A DNA stretch of 64,000 nt. It comes from the human T2T-CHM13v2.0 reference genome, Homo sapiens. The stretch is taken from assembly GCF_009914755.1 (NCBI RefSeq), contig NC_060928.1; one strand, written 5' to 3'. Numbering within the stretch: the first letter of the stretch is position 1; each line of letters begins with the position of its first letter. The notes beneath the pieces are model-generated. The model had not been told where the DNA came from, searched no databases, and saw only the letters and a program-made list of their open reading frames with translations. Both the position numbers and the translations under genes were made by a program. Shown in pieces: positions 1 through 12,878 of the stretch.

Positions 1-1040
1 TGGAGCATGCAAGCAAAGAAATTCAATATTATCTGAGGAAATTTTAAAGCAAAGTGTCGAAGTAGTGGCATGGTTTCTCCTGATTGCTTATACTAACATG
101 CAAGAAGAGAGAATTACTTTGAAGAAGGAATTGTGGAGCAAAAAGAAACCAGAACTTAAAGGCTTAAAATATTCTCAGCCTATTCATATTTTGAAAAATG
201 AGAAAGTGTGTTGGGAAGAGAACACTAAGGGAGGGGCAAAGAACCATTTGATAAAGAGATTAGTATGGGTGTGAACTACAGACCTAATAGCTACTCTAGC
301 AGAAGCACTTCCAGTTTGAAGGAAATAGAGATGGGTTGAAATAAAGGATGGCTGTCAAACTTACTAGATCTTACAGGACCAGACCATAGAACCATTTGGC
401 TGTCAACATACACCGTTCTTCAAGACAAGGGAAGAATGGCATCAAAGGCAATTCAGAGATCATCAGTTCTGGCTCCTCAGTTTTAAAGGGTGCATGTGGG
501 GATATATTCTCAGTTTTGATAGTCCAAATGGTGACCAATCAGAGCCTTGGGGGCATGACTCCTTCCTGGCAGAGCTGCAGAGGTTGGCCCACCACCCCAA
601 AGGGGCTAGAAGGCAGGACCACCACCCCAGCAGGTCCAGAGGGGAGGGCATCAAGTCCAAGCAGACTATTCTTGAGGTTTTGATCCAATAAAACTTGGTT
701 TGTTGAGTTTTGGACTTGCTTTGGACCTGTCACCCCTTTCTTCTTTCTGATTTCTTCCTTTTTAAATGGAATGTCTATCTTATGCCTCACCCAATATAGT
801 ACTTTGGAAGGACACAGCTTGTTTGGTTTCACAGATTCACAGCTGGAGAGGAATTTTGCCTCAGGATGAATCCTGCCTCGAGCCTCACCCATTTCTAGTT
901 TAGATGATATTTTAATAAGACTTTTAGACTTTAGACTTGAGAGTTGATGATGAAATGAGTTAAGACTTTTGGGCTGTTGTGACAGAATGAATATATTTTG
1001 CATGTGAGAAGGACATGCTTTTTGGGGTGCCAGGGTGGAA
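1..1040 (+). mobile_element. MaLR internal sequence (MLT1A-int-like), runs off the left edge
   Basis: Resembles MLT1-int; ends in the polypurine tract TTTTGGGGTGCCAGGGTGGAA immediately before the LTR at 1041. Confidence 0.75.
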
Positions 1041-1365
1041 TGTTATGAACTGCATATTTTTATTCCCCCCCAAATGTATACATCGAAACCCTACTCCCCA
1101 GTATATTTGAAGGTGAGAACTTTGGGAGGTAATTAGGTTTAGATGAAGTCATGGGGGTGAGGTTCCCATGATGGGATTAGAGGAAGAGATCAGAGCTCTC
1201 TCTTCAGCATGTGAAGACACAGCAAAGAGGCAGCTATCTGGAAGGTAGGGAAAGGGCTCTTGTACTCAGACTTTTAGCTTCCAGGACTGTGAGGAAATAA
1301 AGATCTGTTGTGTAAGCCAACAAGTCTGTGGTATTTTGTTGTAGCAGTTCGAGCAGACTAGGGCA
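1041..1365 (+). mobile_element. MLT1A-type MaLR 3' LTR
   Basis: TG...CA termini; typical MLT1A motifs TTTGGGAGGTAATTAGGTTTAGATGAAGTCATG, AATAAA and GTATTTTGTTGTAGCAG...GACTA. Confidence 0.8.
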
Positions 1366-2045
1366 GCTAATATTTCTGAGGACTTGACATATGCCAGTTG
1401 TAGTTCTAAGTGTTTTGGAGCTTATCTCCAAGTCTCTTCATTTGGACTTGAGTTCATTTTAGACCTACTTCTTAGATATCACTGGGAATTCTCTATAGTC
1501 TTTGAAAATTATAGTCTTGCTTCTGACACATTTTTTCTTCTCTTTGGCCAATCTGAAGCACACACCAGTTGGTGTTGTCGTGCTTCTAATCTTATTTTCT
1601 TTCTCTTTTGGAAACAGAGCTTAGAGGACAGCTCTGCTTCCTTGAACAATAAACACAACTTTTTTTTTAGTTTATGAAAATTCAATGATGTATTACAGTG
1701 GTTTTTCAACTTGGCAAGCTCTTTGGTAACTGTCAAATTTTTTATATTGTTTCTTTTCTCCTAAAACACATAACGCTATTCCATTTACCCTACATAATAT
1801 CATCCTAATTAAATATATGTTTTTGCTTTAACATCTTTTATCGATCAGCCTATTATACTTCTCTCCAGAAAAATTACGTGTACTATAATGAAGTGGAATT
1901 TAAAAAAAATTCTGTGGCCATAATGACATTAATATTTCTATTCTGGATTATGTTGTATTATAATTATTAGTATACAATTGATTAGTGCAACAAGTTATAA
2001 AGCATGAAAAATAATTATTAAACATAAAAACATTATTGGAAATGA

Positions 2046-2947
<902 letters not shown>

Positions 2948-5060
2948 ATATAGAGGTAAGTGCTAAAAAAAGACTTGTTCCCACAAAAAGTAGATGAGAG
3001 TGGAAGGAGTATATTATTATAACCATTACATACATTCTTTTTTGGAATTCCTTATATAAGTTTTTATTATTAAATATTATTTTTAAATTATCTACCATCT
3101 AACAATTCAATTAAGTCCTTTTTCAATTTTATTGAAAATAAATTATTTGAAACCATCCAAGTTGCAAATGAATGTGTTACCCAGTCTTAGGGTCATTCAT
3201 TTTCTCAATATTTGGGAAGTATACTAAAAGGATCTTTCAGAGAATTAAATAACAATCATGGCTATTACTCTTCCTCTTAGACTCACCTTTGCTTTGACTT
3301 TTAACTCAGAAAGAATTTGAAAACTTGAAGTATTGTCAATTTCAATACAACTTTGACAGTATAGTTTTTTAAATTTAAATAATTATATACAATCACAATA
3401 CTGTGTGTGTGCATGCGTGTTTCCTCCTCTAATAGTCGGAGTTGCAGTTAGTTCATTCAGTTGATGGAAAATATTGAATCAATCCTCCAAATCAGATTTA
3501 CACATTAAAAGAAGTAAACTTAAATAAATGGGTTAATATCAATGTTCATGAAAACTGTCTTATCTGAGATTTCTAATTCATAAGTATAAAAAAATAGTTT
3601 GAGAGACAGAAATAAGTCAGGGGTTAGAGCGACACGTGTAGATGAGTTTATCACCTGAAAATAAGCTTTCCTTCTTTAATGATTTTATAATATCAAATAC
3701 AGTATAAATAGCAAAAATAACACCCAGAGAGCAGTGTATCTTTTTGTTTTTGTTTGTTTGTTTGTTTGTTTAACCTACTGCATGGGCTACAAAAGAAATG
3801 TCTCTTTCCTTTAGGCTACAGAAATCTTTCACTCTTTGAAAGATTTGAAAGACCAATCTTTTGAAGCATTGATTTGGGGTAAACTGAATACAAAACATAG
3901 CTCGCTAATTTCAGGTCAGTCTTAACACTGATTGAAAGAAATGTATTTCAATTATGGAGATTAGATCAACAGCATTACGTGTGAAGCCCCATGCTATAAA
4001 CTCATGTGATTTTTTTTACTATTAATATCACAAGTGAGCTAATCCATTCCACTGCCACCTAGACAAAATAGATACTTTCATTAGTGACACTTTAAACATA
4101 TATTACTCATTTAAAATGAAGTTCAGTAAAACTATTTAGAATAAACACTAAAACTGGAAATGTGCTAGTTAAAATTTAACTTGTTTATTATGTGCTTATT
4201 GTAAGCGAGTGTTTAAATACACTGAATTAGCTAGAACAATTAAAATAGGGAGATAAAGCTTCTGCGTTTTCTTCCTAACACACCCCCATGACCTCATTTA
4301 AATGACTATTGACCATTAGGCTCCTAATAATAAATAAATAAATAAATAAAATAAAGGACCAAGTCTATTTATTGGGTGCAATGAAAAGAAGGGAACGTAA
4401 AAGAACACCAGTTCCTCTAATGTTGTGCTATTGGCCTCAGGGCAGTACATGTTCATGAGTCGAGTGTGATCCATTGGGATAGATGTGGGTGGTGATAGAT
4501 GCATTGTGAATTACTTTAGCTGCATCTTTGCCAAGGATCCCTGTCTCTGGAAAAGCCAAAAGTGTGAGGATGGTTTGAACTCTGACCAAGCAAAATATGC
4601 ACTGTGTGTTTTCTTTGACCAGGCTTGGTCTTGGTCCTTCTTTGCTTCTTGGTCCTGGTTTCCTTCTTTGCTTCTATAATCGGGAGCAAGGCCTGCTCCT
4701 GACTGGTCTATCTTTTCCATGGCTGCTCCATTAGATGGGAAATTCCATTTCTCCTGAGAACTACTCTTTACAAGTTAGATTGCTAATATTATTGGCTCAG
4801 TTGGAAAACAATGTTTAAAAACTGCTGGAATAAAAACATTGTTACAGCCAGGTCACCAGTATCCCACACAAAGCTGTTACTTCTTTCTTATGAGGTTATA
4901 AACACACTTGATATTTATTTTCCTACTCTCCTTTCCCGAATTAAAATAATTACAAAAAAACCTTTAAAAAATTCTCTACACATTCATTATTTTTATCTTG
5001 TTTTTATTCCTATAGCTATTAATTGAAACCACTTGAAAAAGAGTTGACTATATAGATTAA

Positions 5061-5503
<443 letters not shown>

Positions 5504-6089
5504 TTACCAAGCCATTTTGAAAAGGATTTGGGGTCTGAGACAAATGCAACCTTTGACCATATCATACCAATTTTTATTCATGTGAAATATGTATTAATAG
5601 CAAAAAACTTTTAAAAAATGAATAGAGATGTTTCACAGAATAGTAGCAAAGAGCCTGAAGGTGTATCCTACCTAACGGTCAGATCTGGTTCACCTGTGCT
5701 GAGTTTGTTTACACTATTTGTGCCTTGGGTCACTTTTGGCATCCACTGATGAAATCACCTCTGTCAGGACAGTAATTGCTCTGTCCCTCTTACCTCTTTC
5801 AGCTTTTAACTCTTGCTGTTATTTCCCTATAGTGGCAATGAATTATTCAAATTACAGGACAGAGCAATTACTGTCCTGCACCCTCCTGGAGCTATGCTGT
5901 TTATATTTAGTTTGGTGTTCCCATAGTTCGAAAACAATCTGTGAGAAGGCACGTAGTCTTGTTCTCTGTAGTTAAATATGTCCTCTCTCTATTCTGCAGC
6001 CTCCTTTCTTATTTCCCTAATTAGTAGATTGTCTTCACAGACCCAAGGCCTATTAGGGGCTTCCTTCATACACCCTATTTTTTATTGCA

Positions 6090-7340
6090 GGTATTTGAAT
6101 CAGTTCAGTTACATGAATATTTACTGAGCTAGATTCAAGACACTATGTGAGGTACCACAGAAATCCTGAAGTGGGTAAAGCAAAATTATTGACCTCAAAT
6201 ATCTTGCAATTTGTTAAATGATTTTAGTACACAGTAAAGTAGTGCCCTAAGATTCATATAAAAATTCACGCTAAAAATAAGGGACAGATCATATCTGGTT
6301 TAGAAGATAAAGAAAGGGTTAATGGAGTGAGAGGGCAATGTTTGAGATTTGCCCACTTGAAGGAAAGAGGGTAGGAACAACTGAATCCCTTTACTGGATT
6401 ATCTCATTTAAAGCTTAAATTATAACTGTGAGGTAGGAATTATGCCCATTTAACAGATTGTAAAACAGGATTAGAGAAACGAAGTACTTTGCCAACAATT
6501 ACACAGCTGATTAGTGAGAAATAGAATGCAATGCAACATGACTCCTGACTCCAAAGCTCCCAGCCCTTCTCTCCACCATGCTTGCTGCATTTTAAGTGTC
6601 AGGAAGGGAAGGACACCTTAGAAGGATGAAAGCACAGATTCTATTTGGAGGGGAAATCAGATTTGAGGGAAAGTAGTAGGAAATAAGATTGGGAATATGT
6701 GCCAGGCCTGTATATTTTGAAGGATCTTGAATCCCAGTGTGTAAATGTTTATTTGGTAGGCAGTGAAGAACCCTTGATGATTCTAGAGCCACAGAGTAAG
6801 GTGAGACCCCATGGATAAGAAAGAATAATTTGGTAGCACTGCTCAAGATGGACAGGAGGTCTCTCTTTCTCCTATTATGGAGCTTCATTTAAAAATAATA
6901 AGGACTTAAACAAGGTGGAGTAAATGAGGATCACAGGAGGAAGAATGCAAGAAACACTTTGGAGATAGAATCTACATGACCAGATGTTGATAGATTTTTG
7001 AGGCGAAGGAGAAAGAAAAGCTGAAAACAACTTAGCTATTATGAACATGAACATATAAAGAAATGGAATTCCCATTACCTACAAACCACAGAAGGATCTC
7101 ATTTGGGGGAGAAAGTTGTTAAACTAGTTTAGGATTATGCTGAATTTATAGTTCAGATAAGTGTTTTAGGAAATAACAGCCAAGAAATAGCTGAAAATGT
7201 GAGTCTGAAGCTCCAAAATGAGCCCTGGGACAGAGAAGTAGATTTATAGTCATCTGTATGGAAATAATGATCAGAGCTGGGAAGTGAATAAGACGAACTT
7301 TGAGAGAAGAAAGGTATAGAGAAATCTGGGAAATTATCAT
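6090..7340 (-). mobile_element. L2 fragments, interrupted by MIR
   Basis: L2 3' end-like ATTTACTGAGC...CACTATGTGAGGT followed by a purine-rich antisense L2 body. Confidence 0.6.
6390..6582 (-). mobile_element. MIR
   Basis: Core TGTGAGGTAGG..TTATGCCCATTTAACAGAT...CTGACTCCAAAGC. Confidence 0.7.
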
Positions 7341-8481
7341 GAGGAAGAAGTTGATTATTAAGTTTTCTCAAACACTTTGGAAACACTGCATATGAATTAT
7401 TAATTTTCATCTAGATCCTGCAAAGGCAAACCTTTTTTTCCATACTCGTGTATGTCAGCCATTTGCTGAAATTACAGACTCCAAAGTATGCATGTTTCAA
7501 TTGGTACTTCTGCCTTATTATTTAATCATCTTCTGAGCTTCATCTTTTGCTATCTGCTTGAATAATAATTGGTGATGTCAAGCATAAAAATGAACCCTTT
7601 TGAGAGTACAGCATGTTTAATATATATTTAATACTGAAGTTCAGCACAGATGATTAGGCATATGTTTGAGTTTCCATCTAGTGACTTCAAAGCATCTTAA
7701 ATTTGTTTCAGCTTCTTGTTAGATTAAAGGCTTGATTTTTTTTTTTTTAACTCACTGACTGTGATGAACAAAGGATGGGGTAGAAATCATATATAAGGGA
7801 CATTAGGGAACCATGGTAAAAACATCATGAGAATAATTAAAATACAGTTTAAATAACTTGTTCTCTGTTTCTCCTGTCTCTTAATCATGCCATTCTTTTA
7901 AATATTATGAATCAGTGATGTGTTTTAAGAAACCCAACTCCTTAAAAATCTATGAAACACAATTTAGAAGTGCTGATGTATATTTGAAGAGAAGTATTTG
8001 CTTCATTAATTTATTTGGCATTGCTAGGTTGGGGTATTTAAGCCTTTATTGGCAGATTCTTATTTTCTGAGGAGAGATAGGGTATTTAGGCTTAAAACAA
8101 CAATAACACAAAATGGCCTCAGTGGAAGGTGTTCTTGTCTGCTGGTGTCTGGCTTCCTGTTTCTGGAGCCTTGCTAACTACATCACCGCTTGGGTCCCCA
8201 ACCCTGTCTATTCCTCAGCTTCTCCTACTCTTGGCTTTTGTTTGGCTTACCCAATAGATTCCTTTAAGCATTGCCTCCTGCTTCCACAATGAATGTCTTT
8301 CTGAATAGTTTCCTGTAAGTTTGGCTCTTGTTGGAGTCTATGTTCTCTTTTTATTGAGGACTTCCACAGAATCTTATGTTGACCAACTTTCTTCAGGGCT
8401 GGCTCTCAGCTATTCTGGCTTCTATATTGGCCCCCATTCAGAATGACCCTGCCCAAGTAACTTAACTTCTCTCATTCCAAG

Positions 8482-9439
8482 TGCAGGGTGGGAAACAACC
8501 CTTTTTCTCTATTTATCCTGGGTTCTTCAGTGGGAGCCCTGTAAATTGGACTAGCAAAAGACAGACAAGCAGGAGAAAAACAAAACAGAAGTTCATTAGT
8601 GTATTAGTCAGTTCCTGCGCTCTTATAAAGAAATACCTGAGACTGGGTAATTTATAAAGAAAAGAGGTTTAATTGACTCATGGTTCTGCAGGCTGTACAG
8701 GAAGCATAGCAGCTTCTACTCCTAGGGAGGCCTCAGGAAGCTTCCAGTCATGGAGAAGGGCAGGGGAAGTGAGGCATCTTACATGGTCAGAGCGGGAGCA
8801 AGGGGGTGGGGAGGTGCCACACACTTTTAAACAACCAGATCTCATGAGAACTCACTATTGCAACCACACCAAAGGGGATGGTGTTAAACCATGAGAAACC
8901 ACCCCCATGATCCAGGCTCCACGCACCAGGCCCCACCTCCAATACTGGTTATTACAATTCAACATGAGATTTGGGTGGGGACACAGATTCAAACCGTATC
9001 AATTAGTATGTGCAGAACATTTACACAAGCGAGTGCTCAGCATGAGTAACTTCTGGGCATATATAGCATCTTAATAAAAGAACAATAAATGTTTAGAGAC
9101 ATGATAAGACAAAGGGTAAAGACTTTGAGTTTCTAGGTGTGGCAGGTTGTGGAAAGGCAATTATATGGAGAAACTAATGGCAGATAAGGGCCAATTTTAG
9201 CAAGGTTTGTTATGTAGATCTCACTGGTGCAGTCTTCAGGCTGATAAGGGTGTAGATTATCTCTAGCGAGTAACTTCTGTCCTCCTTGGAAAGAGGGAAG
9301 GGGGACACCTTTACAAATTTATGTCGCACTTACAGGCAAACAGGTGGAGGGCAGAGGGCTTTTTGTAGACTGCTTTTTTTCAGTTGCTTTCAGCTCAAAA
9401 GAAGTCTTCTAACAAAGTGGCATATTTTGCTACTCTTCA
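8482..9439 (-). mobile_element. ERV1-class solo LTR (MER34/MER90-like), interrupted by MSTA
   Basis: TG..CA termini with 4-bp TSD CAAG (8478-8481, 9440-9443); end motif TTCAGCTCAAAA...AAAGTGGCATATTTTG. Confidence 0.75.
8600..9001 (-). mobile_element. MSTA solo LTR
   Basis: TGTATTAGTC...CCGTATCA; 5-bp TSD ATTAG (8595-8599, 9002-9006). Confidence 0.92.
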
Positions 9440-9614
9440 CAAGCTGTCAGCTGGGACTTGAAAGTTACTGTGAGTTAAGCCTGAATCATAAAATAAAATA
9501 TGTCTAGAACTGCATGTAAGTTAATGGGAAGATAAAATGTGATCACATTAATTTTACTTATTTTCAGCTGTTCAAGATTACAACTATTATCTAGACTAGT
9601 ATTTTTAAATACTT

Positions 9615-9805
9615 ATCATTTCTTAAAGACTCACCTCGGGCGTTTGGTAACATAATCCAGACCTCCTTCTGGAGACTTGGATTCAGTGGGTTTGGAATGG
9701 GACCTTGGATCTTATTTTTTTTAACTGGAACCCTAGCTCCTTGCTACTCAAAATATAGACAATGTACCAGCAGCACTGGTATTATTGGGAGCTTGTCAGA
9801 AATGC
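9615..9805. mobile_element. MER5A/MER5B fragments (hAT-Charlie)
   Basis: GATTCAGTGGGTTTGGAATGGGACC and CCAGCAGCACTGGTATTATTGGGAGCTTGTCAGAAATGC motifs. Confidence 0.55.
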
Positions 9806-9831
9806 TTTTAGGTATGCCAAGAATGCAAGAC

Positions 9832-10973
9832 TGTTACCGGAAAGGGGTCCTGATCCAGACCCCAAGAGGGGCTTCTTGGATCTCACACAAGAAATAATTC
9901 AGGGCGAGTCTGTAGAGTAAAATGAAAGTGAAGCAGCATTGTTTGGGGTAAATACTCAAGGTTTGTCTCCTCACTCCAAGGAAATCAAGTACGCAGACAT
10001 ACAAGAAGTGGGTTTAGGGGCAGAGGTTTAATAGGAAAAAGAAAGATAAAGGAAAATAGCAAAGTGCACCGTATTTTATAGACTGACTTAAGGAGGTAGT
10101 GTCTGATTTACATAGGGACCAAAGATTGGTTGGACCAGGTGTGACATTTACATAGCACCCAAGGAAGATGGCTGCCCCACCCTAATCTTCTATTATGCAA
10201 ATGGAGTCTTTGCCTGGCCAGCAGCATGTTGCCTGCTCCTTACTGTACGAATGGTTTGGAAGGAAAAGGGAAGATGGAGCCACTATGTTGAACATGCCTA
10301 GCCCCCAGGTAGCCTTTTCCTATTGTTTTAGCTGCTGGCATTCACCCCTGCAAGCTTCCAGCTTGCTTATCTATGTTTGCAGCTCAATTTTACAGGCTGC
10401 TTTTTGTTAGAAAATAAATAATTTGGGGGCTGTTTTTTACTAAAAGGGAAATCTTACGGAGGACTTCCTTATCCTTACTATTGGCCTAAATAATTTCTTT
10501 TTAATTCCTATATCAAAAGCAAGTTTATTAGGAAAGTAAAGGAATAAAGAATGGCTACTCCATAGACAGAGCAGCCCCGAAGGCTGCCGGTTGCCCATTT
10601 TTATGGTTATTTATTGATGATATGCTAAACAAAATGTTGATTATTCATGCCTCCCCTTTTTAGACCACATAGGTAATGTCCTGCATTGCCATGGCATTTG
10701 GAAACAGTCATGGCGCTGGTGGGAGTGTAGCAGTGAGGACAACCAGAGGTCACTCTCATGGCCATCTTGGTTTTGGTGGGTTTTGGCCAGCTTCTTTACT
10801 GCAACCTGTTTTATCAGCAAGGTCTTTATGATCTGTATCTTGTGCTGACCTCCTATCTCATCCTGTGTCTTAGAATGTCTTAACTATATGGGAATGCAGC
10901 CCAGTAGGTCTCAGCCCTGTTTTACCCAGCCCCTATTCAAAATGGAGTTGCTCTGGTTCAAATGCCTCTGAGA
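9832..10973 (-). mobile_element. MER41A solo LTR, split by an LTR9-like LTR
   Basis: TGTTACCGGAAAGGGGTCC...GGAGTTGCTCTGGTTCAAATGCCTCTGA; 4-bp TSD AGAC (9828-9831, 10974-10977). Confidence 0.88.
9929..10515 (-). mobile_element. LTR9-like (HUERS-P3/MER61 group) solo LTR
   Basis: TGAAGCAGC...TCCTATATCA, 587 bp; 4-bp TSD AAAG (9925-9928, 10516-10519). Confidence 0.75.
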
Positions 10974-11422
10974 AGACCATCAGTACTCTTCACCTGAGAC
11001 ACTTCTTAGGATTTTATTTTCCAGAGCAACCTTGAGAAATGAAGTCATGTTCCTCCTGGAACAAAGAGGCACATTTGCTTATCTCTCGCTATAAAGTGGT
11101 AGGTTCTCCAAGACCAGAGTTTTTTTTTTTTAATTTTTTTTTCTGTAATATAACGTACAGCACAGGCAAGCATCCTCCTAGACCCTCCTTCACATTTTTC
11201 CTGTGGGCTTGCGCAGGGGAGCTGATGCACATACAGCTTGCTGTCCTGTGAGAAAAAAAGGCCTTTATTTCTGACCCAGGAATACCACGTATTCCACCAG
11301 TATTACATGAAATAGTTTCAGCAAAATTTATTTTTTTCTTGAAACAAATAAATGAATATATGCATGAATTTAGAAATAGACAAAGAGATGAAACAAGTTC
11401 CATATTTGTGGACATAGGTAAT

Positions 11423-11847
11423 TGTGATGGTTAATACTGAGTGTCAACTTGATTGGATTGAAGGATACAAAGTATTGATCCTGGGTGTGTCTGTGAGGGT
11501 GTTGCCAAAGGAGATTAACATTTGAGTCAGTGGGGTAGGAAAGGCAGATCCACACTTAATCTGGGTGAGCACAATTTAGTCAGTTGCCAGTGCGGCTAGA
11601 ATATAAGCAGGCAAAAAACCTAGCCTCCCAGCCTACATCTTTCTCCTGTGCTGGATGCTTCCTGCCCTCAAACATTGAACTACAAGTTCTTCAGTTTTGG
11701 AACTCAAACTGGCTCTCCTTGCTCCACAGCCTGCAGACGGCCTATTGTGGAACCTTGTGATCACATGAGTTAATGCTTAATAAACTCACCTTTATACATA
11801 TATCTAGTCCATTAGTTCTGTACCTCTAGAAAACCCTGACTAATACA
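11423..11847 (+). mobile_element. MLT2A1 (HERV-L) solo LTR
   Basis: TGTGATGGTTAATACTGAGTGTCAACTTGATTGGATTGAAGGATACAAAG...GACTAATACA; 5-bp TSD GTAAT (11418-11422, 11848-11852). Confidence 0.92.
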
Positions 11848-11975
11848 GTAATGTTCCTTACCTCTGCGAGAAAAAGTACCTAAATAATATTAACCATCCA
11901 TTATCATCATCCTATTTGTCATTGTCATCATCAACAATATGTTGTTTTGATAAAATGGTTCATTTTCTTTGTTTT

Positions 11976-12333
11976 TAATTTATAAAGAAAAGAGGTCTCA
12001 TTGTCTCACATTTCTGCAGGCTTTATGGGAAGCATGTTGCTGCAACTGCTTGGCTTCTAGGGAGGCTTCAGGAAGGTTACAGTCATGACAGAAGGTGAAG
12101 GGGGAGCAGGCACATCACATGGTGAAAGCAGGAGCAAGAGAGTGGCAGGGAGGTGCTATACACTTTTAAATGACCAGATCTCATGAGAACTCACTCACCA
12201 TCACAAAGGCAGCACTAAGGCATGTGGGATCTGCCCCCATGATCCAAACACCTTCCACCAGGCCCCATCTCCAGCACTGGAGATTACAATTCAACATGAG
12301 ATTTGTGGGGGGATAAATATCCAAACTATATCA
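11976..12333 (-). mobile_element. MSTA/MSTB-type LTR, truncated at the left end
   Basis: TAATTTATAAAGAAAAGAGG...CCAAACTATATCA. Confidence 0.85.
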
Positions 12334-12878
12334 CATGTTATATAGCAAATAATACCTATTTTCATATATTTGCAATAAGAAAAACCTCTATCATGAGTTG
12401 ATATGCTTTAAGTAGCACCTAATGCTTACTAAGGCTTTGCTTAGATGCTTACTATTATACATGAGGGTCTTGACTCTACATAGGTACTAATTAAGAATCA
12501 ATCTGTCTGCTCTGTTTCTTGCCATACAGTTATTTGTCCAATGTTTTCTTCAGTCCATTTTTCTAGCCCACGGATAGAATAACAGCATTGTGAACAAATG
12601 TGAGCCTTTAATTCTAAGAAAAAGGCTTTGCCTCCACGTTCTGGAGGAGGTATTTTGTTTGTTCATTTGCTTGTTTTCATTTTGAAGGTGTCAGGGCTGC
12701 AGTTTTCTTCCTTTGAGAAGAAGCTGGTAAAGAAGCAGAAATTCAGTGTGCCATAAAATTAGTACACAGGCAGAACGGTCCAAGGCCAGCAAACTGAAAG
12801 CAATAAAAAAATGTAATCTCAGCTTATGGCCTATGAGCATAATTTAGAAAAGAAAATCCATTATGAAAAATGAAATTC

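Larger units (their letters stand above)
9806..11330 (+). mobile_element. LTR40b-like (ERVL) LTR, split by MER41A
   Basis: GGTATGCCAAGAATGCAAGAC resumes as CATCAGTACTCTT...GAGCAACCTTGAG...CTATAAAG...TCTGACCCAGGA after the insertion; homologous to the LTR40 at 23.4 kb. Confidence 0.65.

Noticed and set aside
65-1003. Cluster of overlapping ORFs up to 154 aa
   Set aside because: They lie within MaLR internal sequence; mostly non-ATG starts and no recognisable domain
4048-4066. CTCF-like CTGCCACCTAGACA (also TTTCCATCTAGTGA at about 7671)
   Set aside because: Only partial matches to the core; expected by chance in 64 kb
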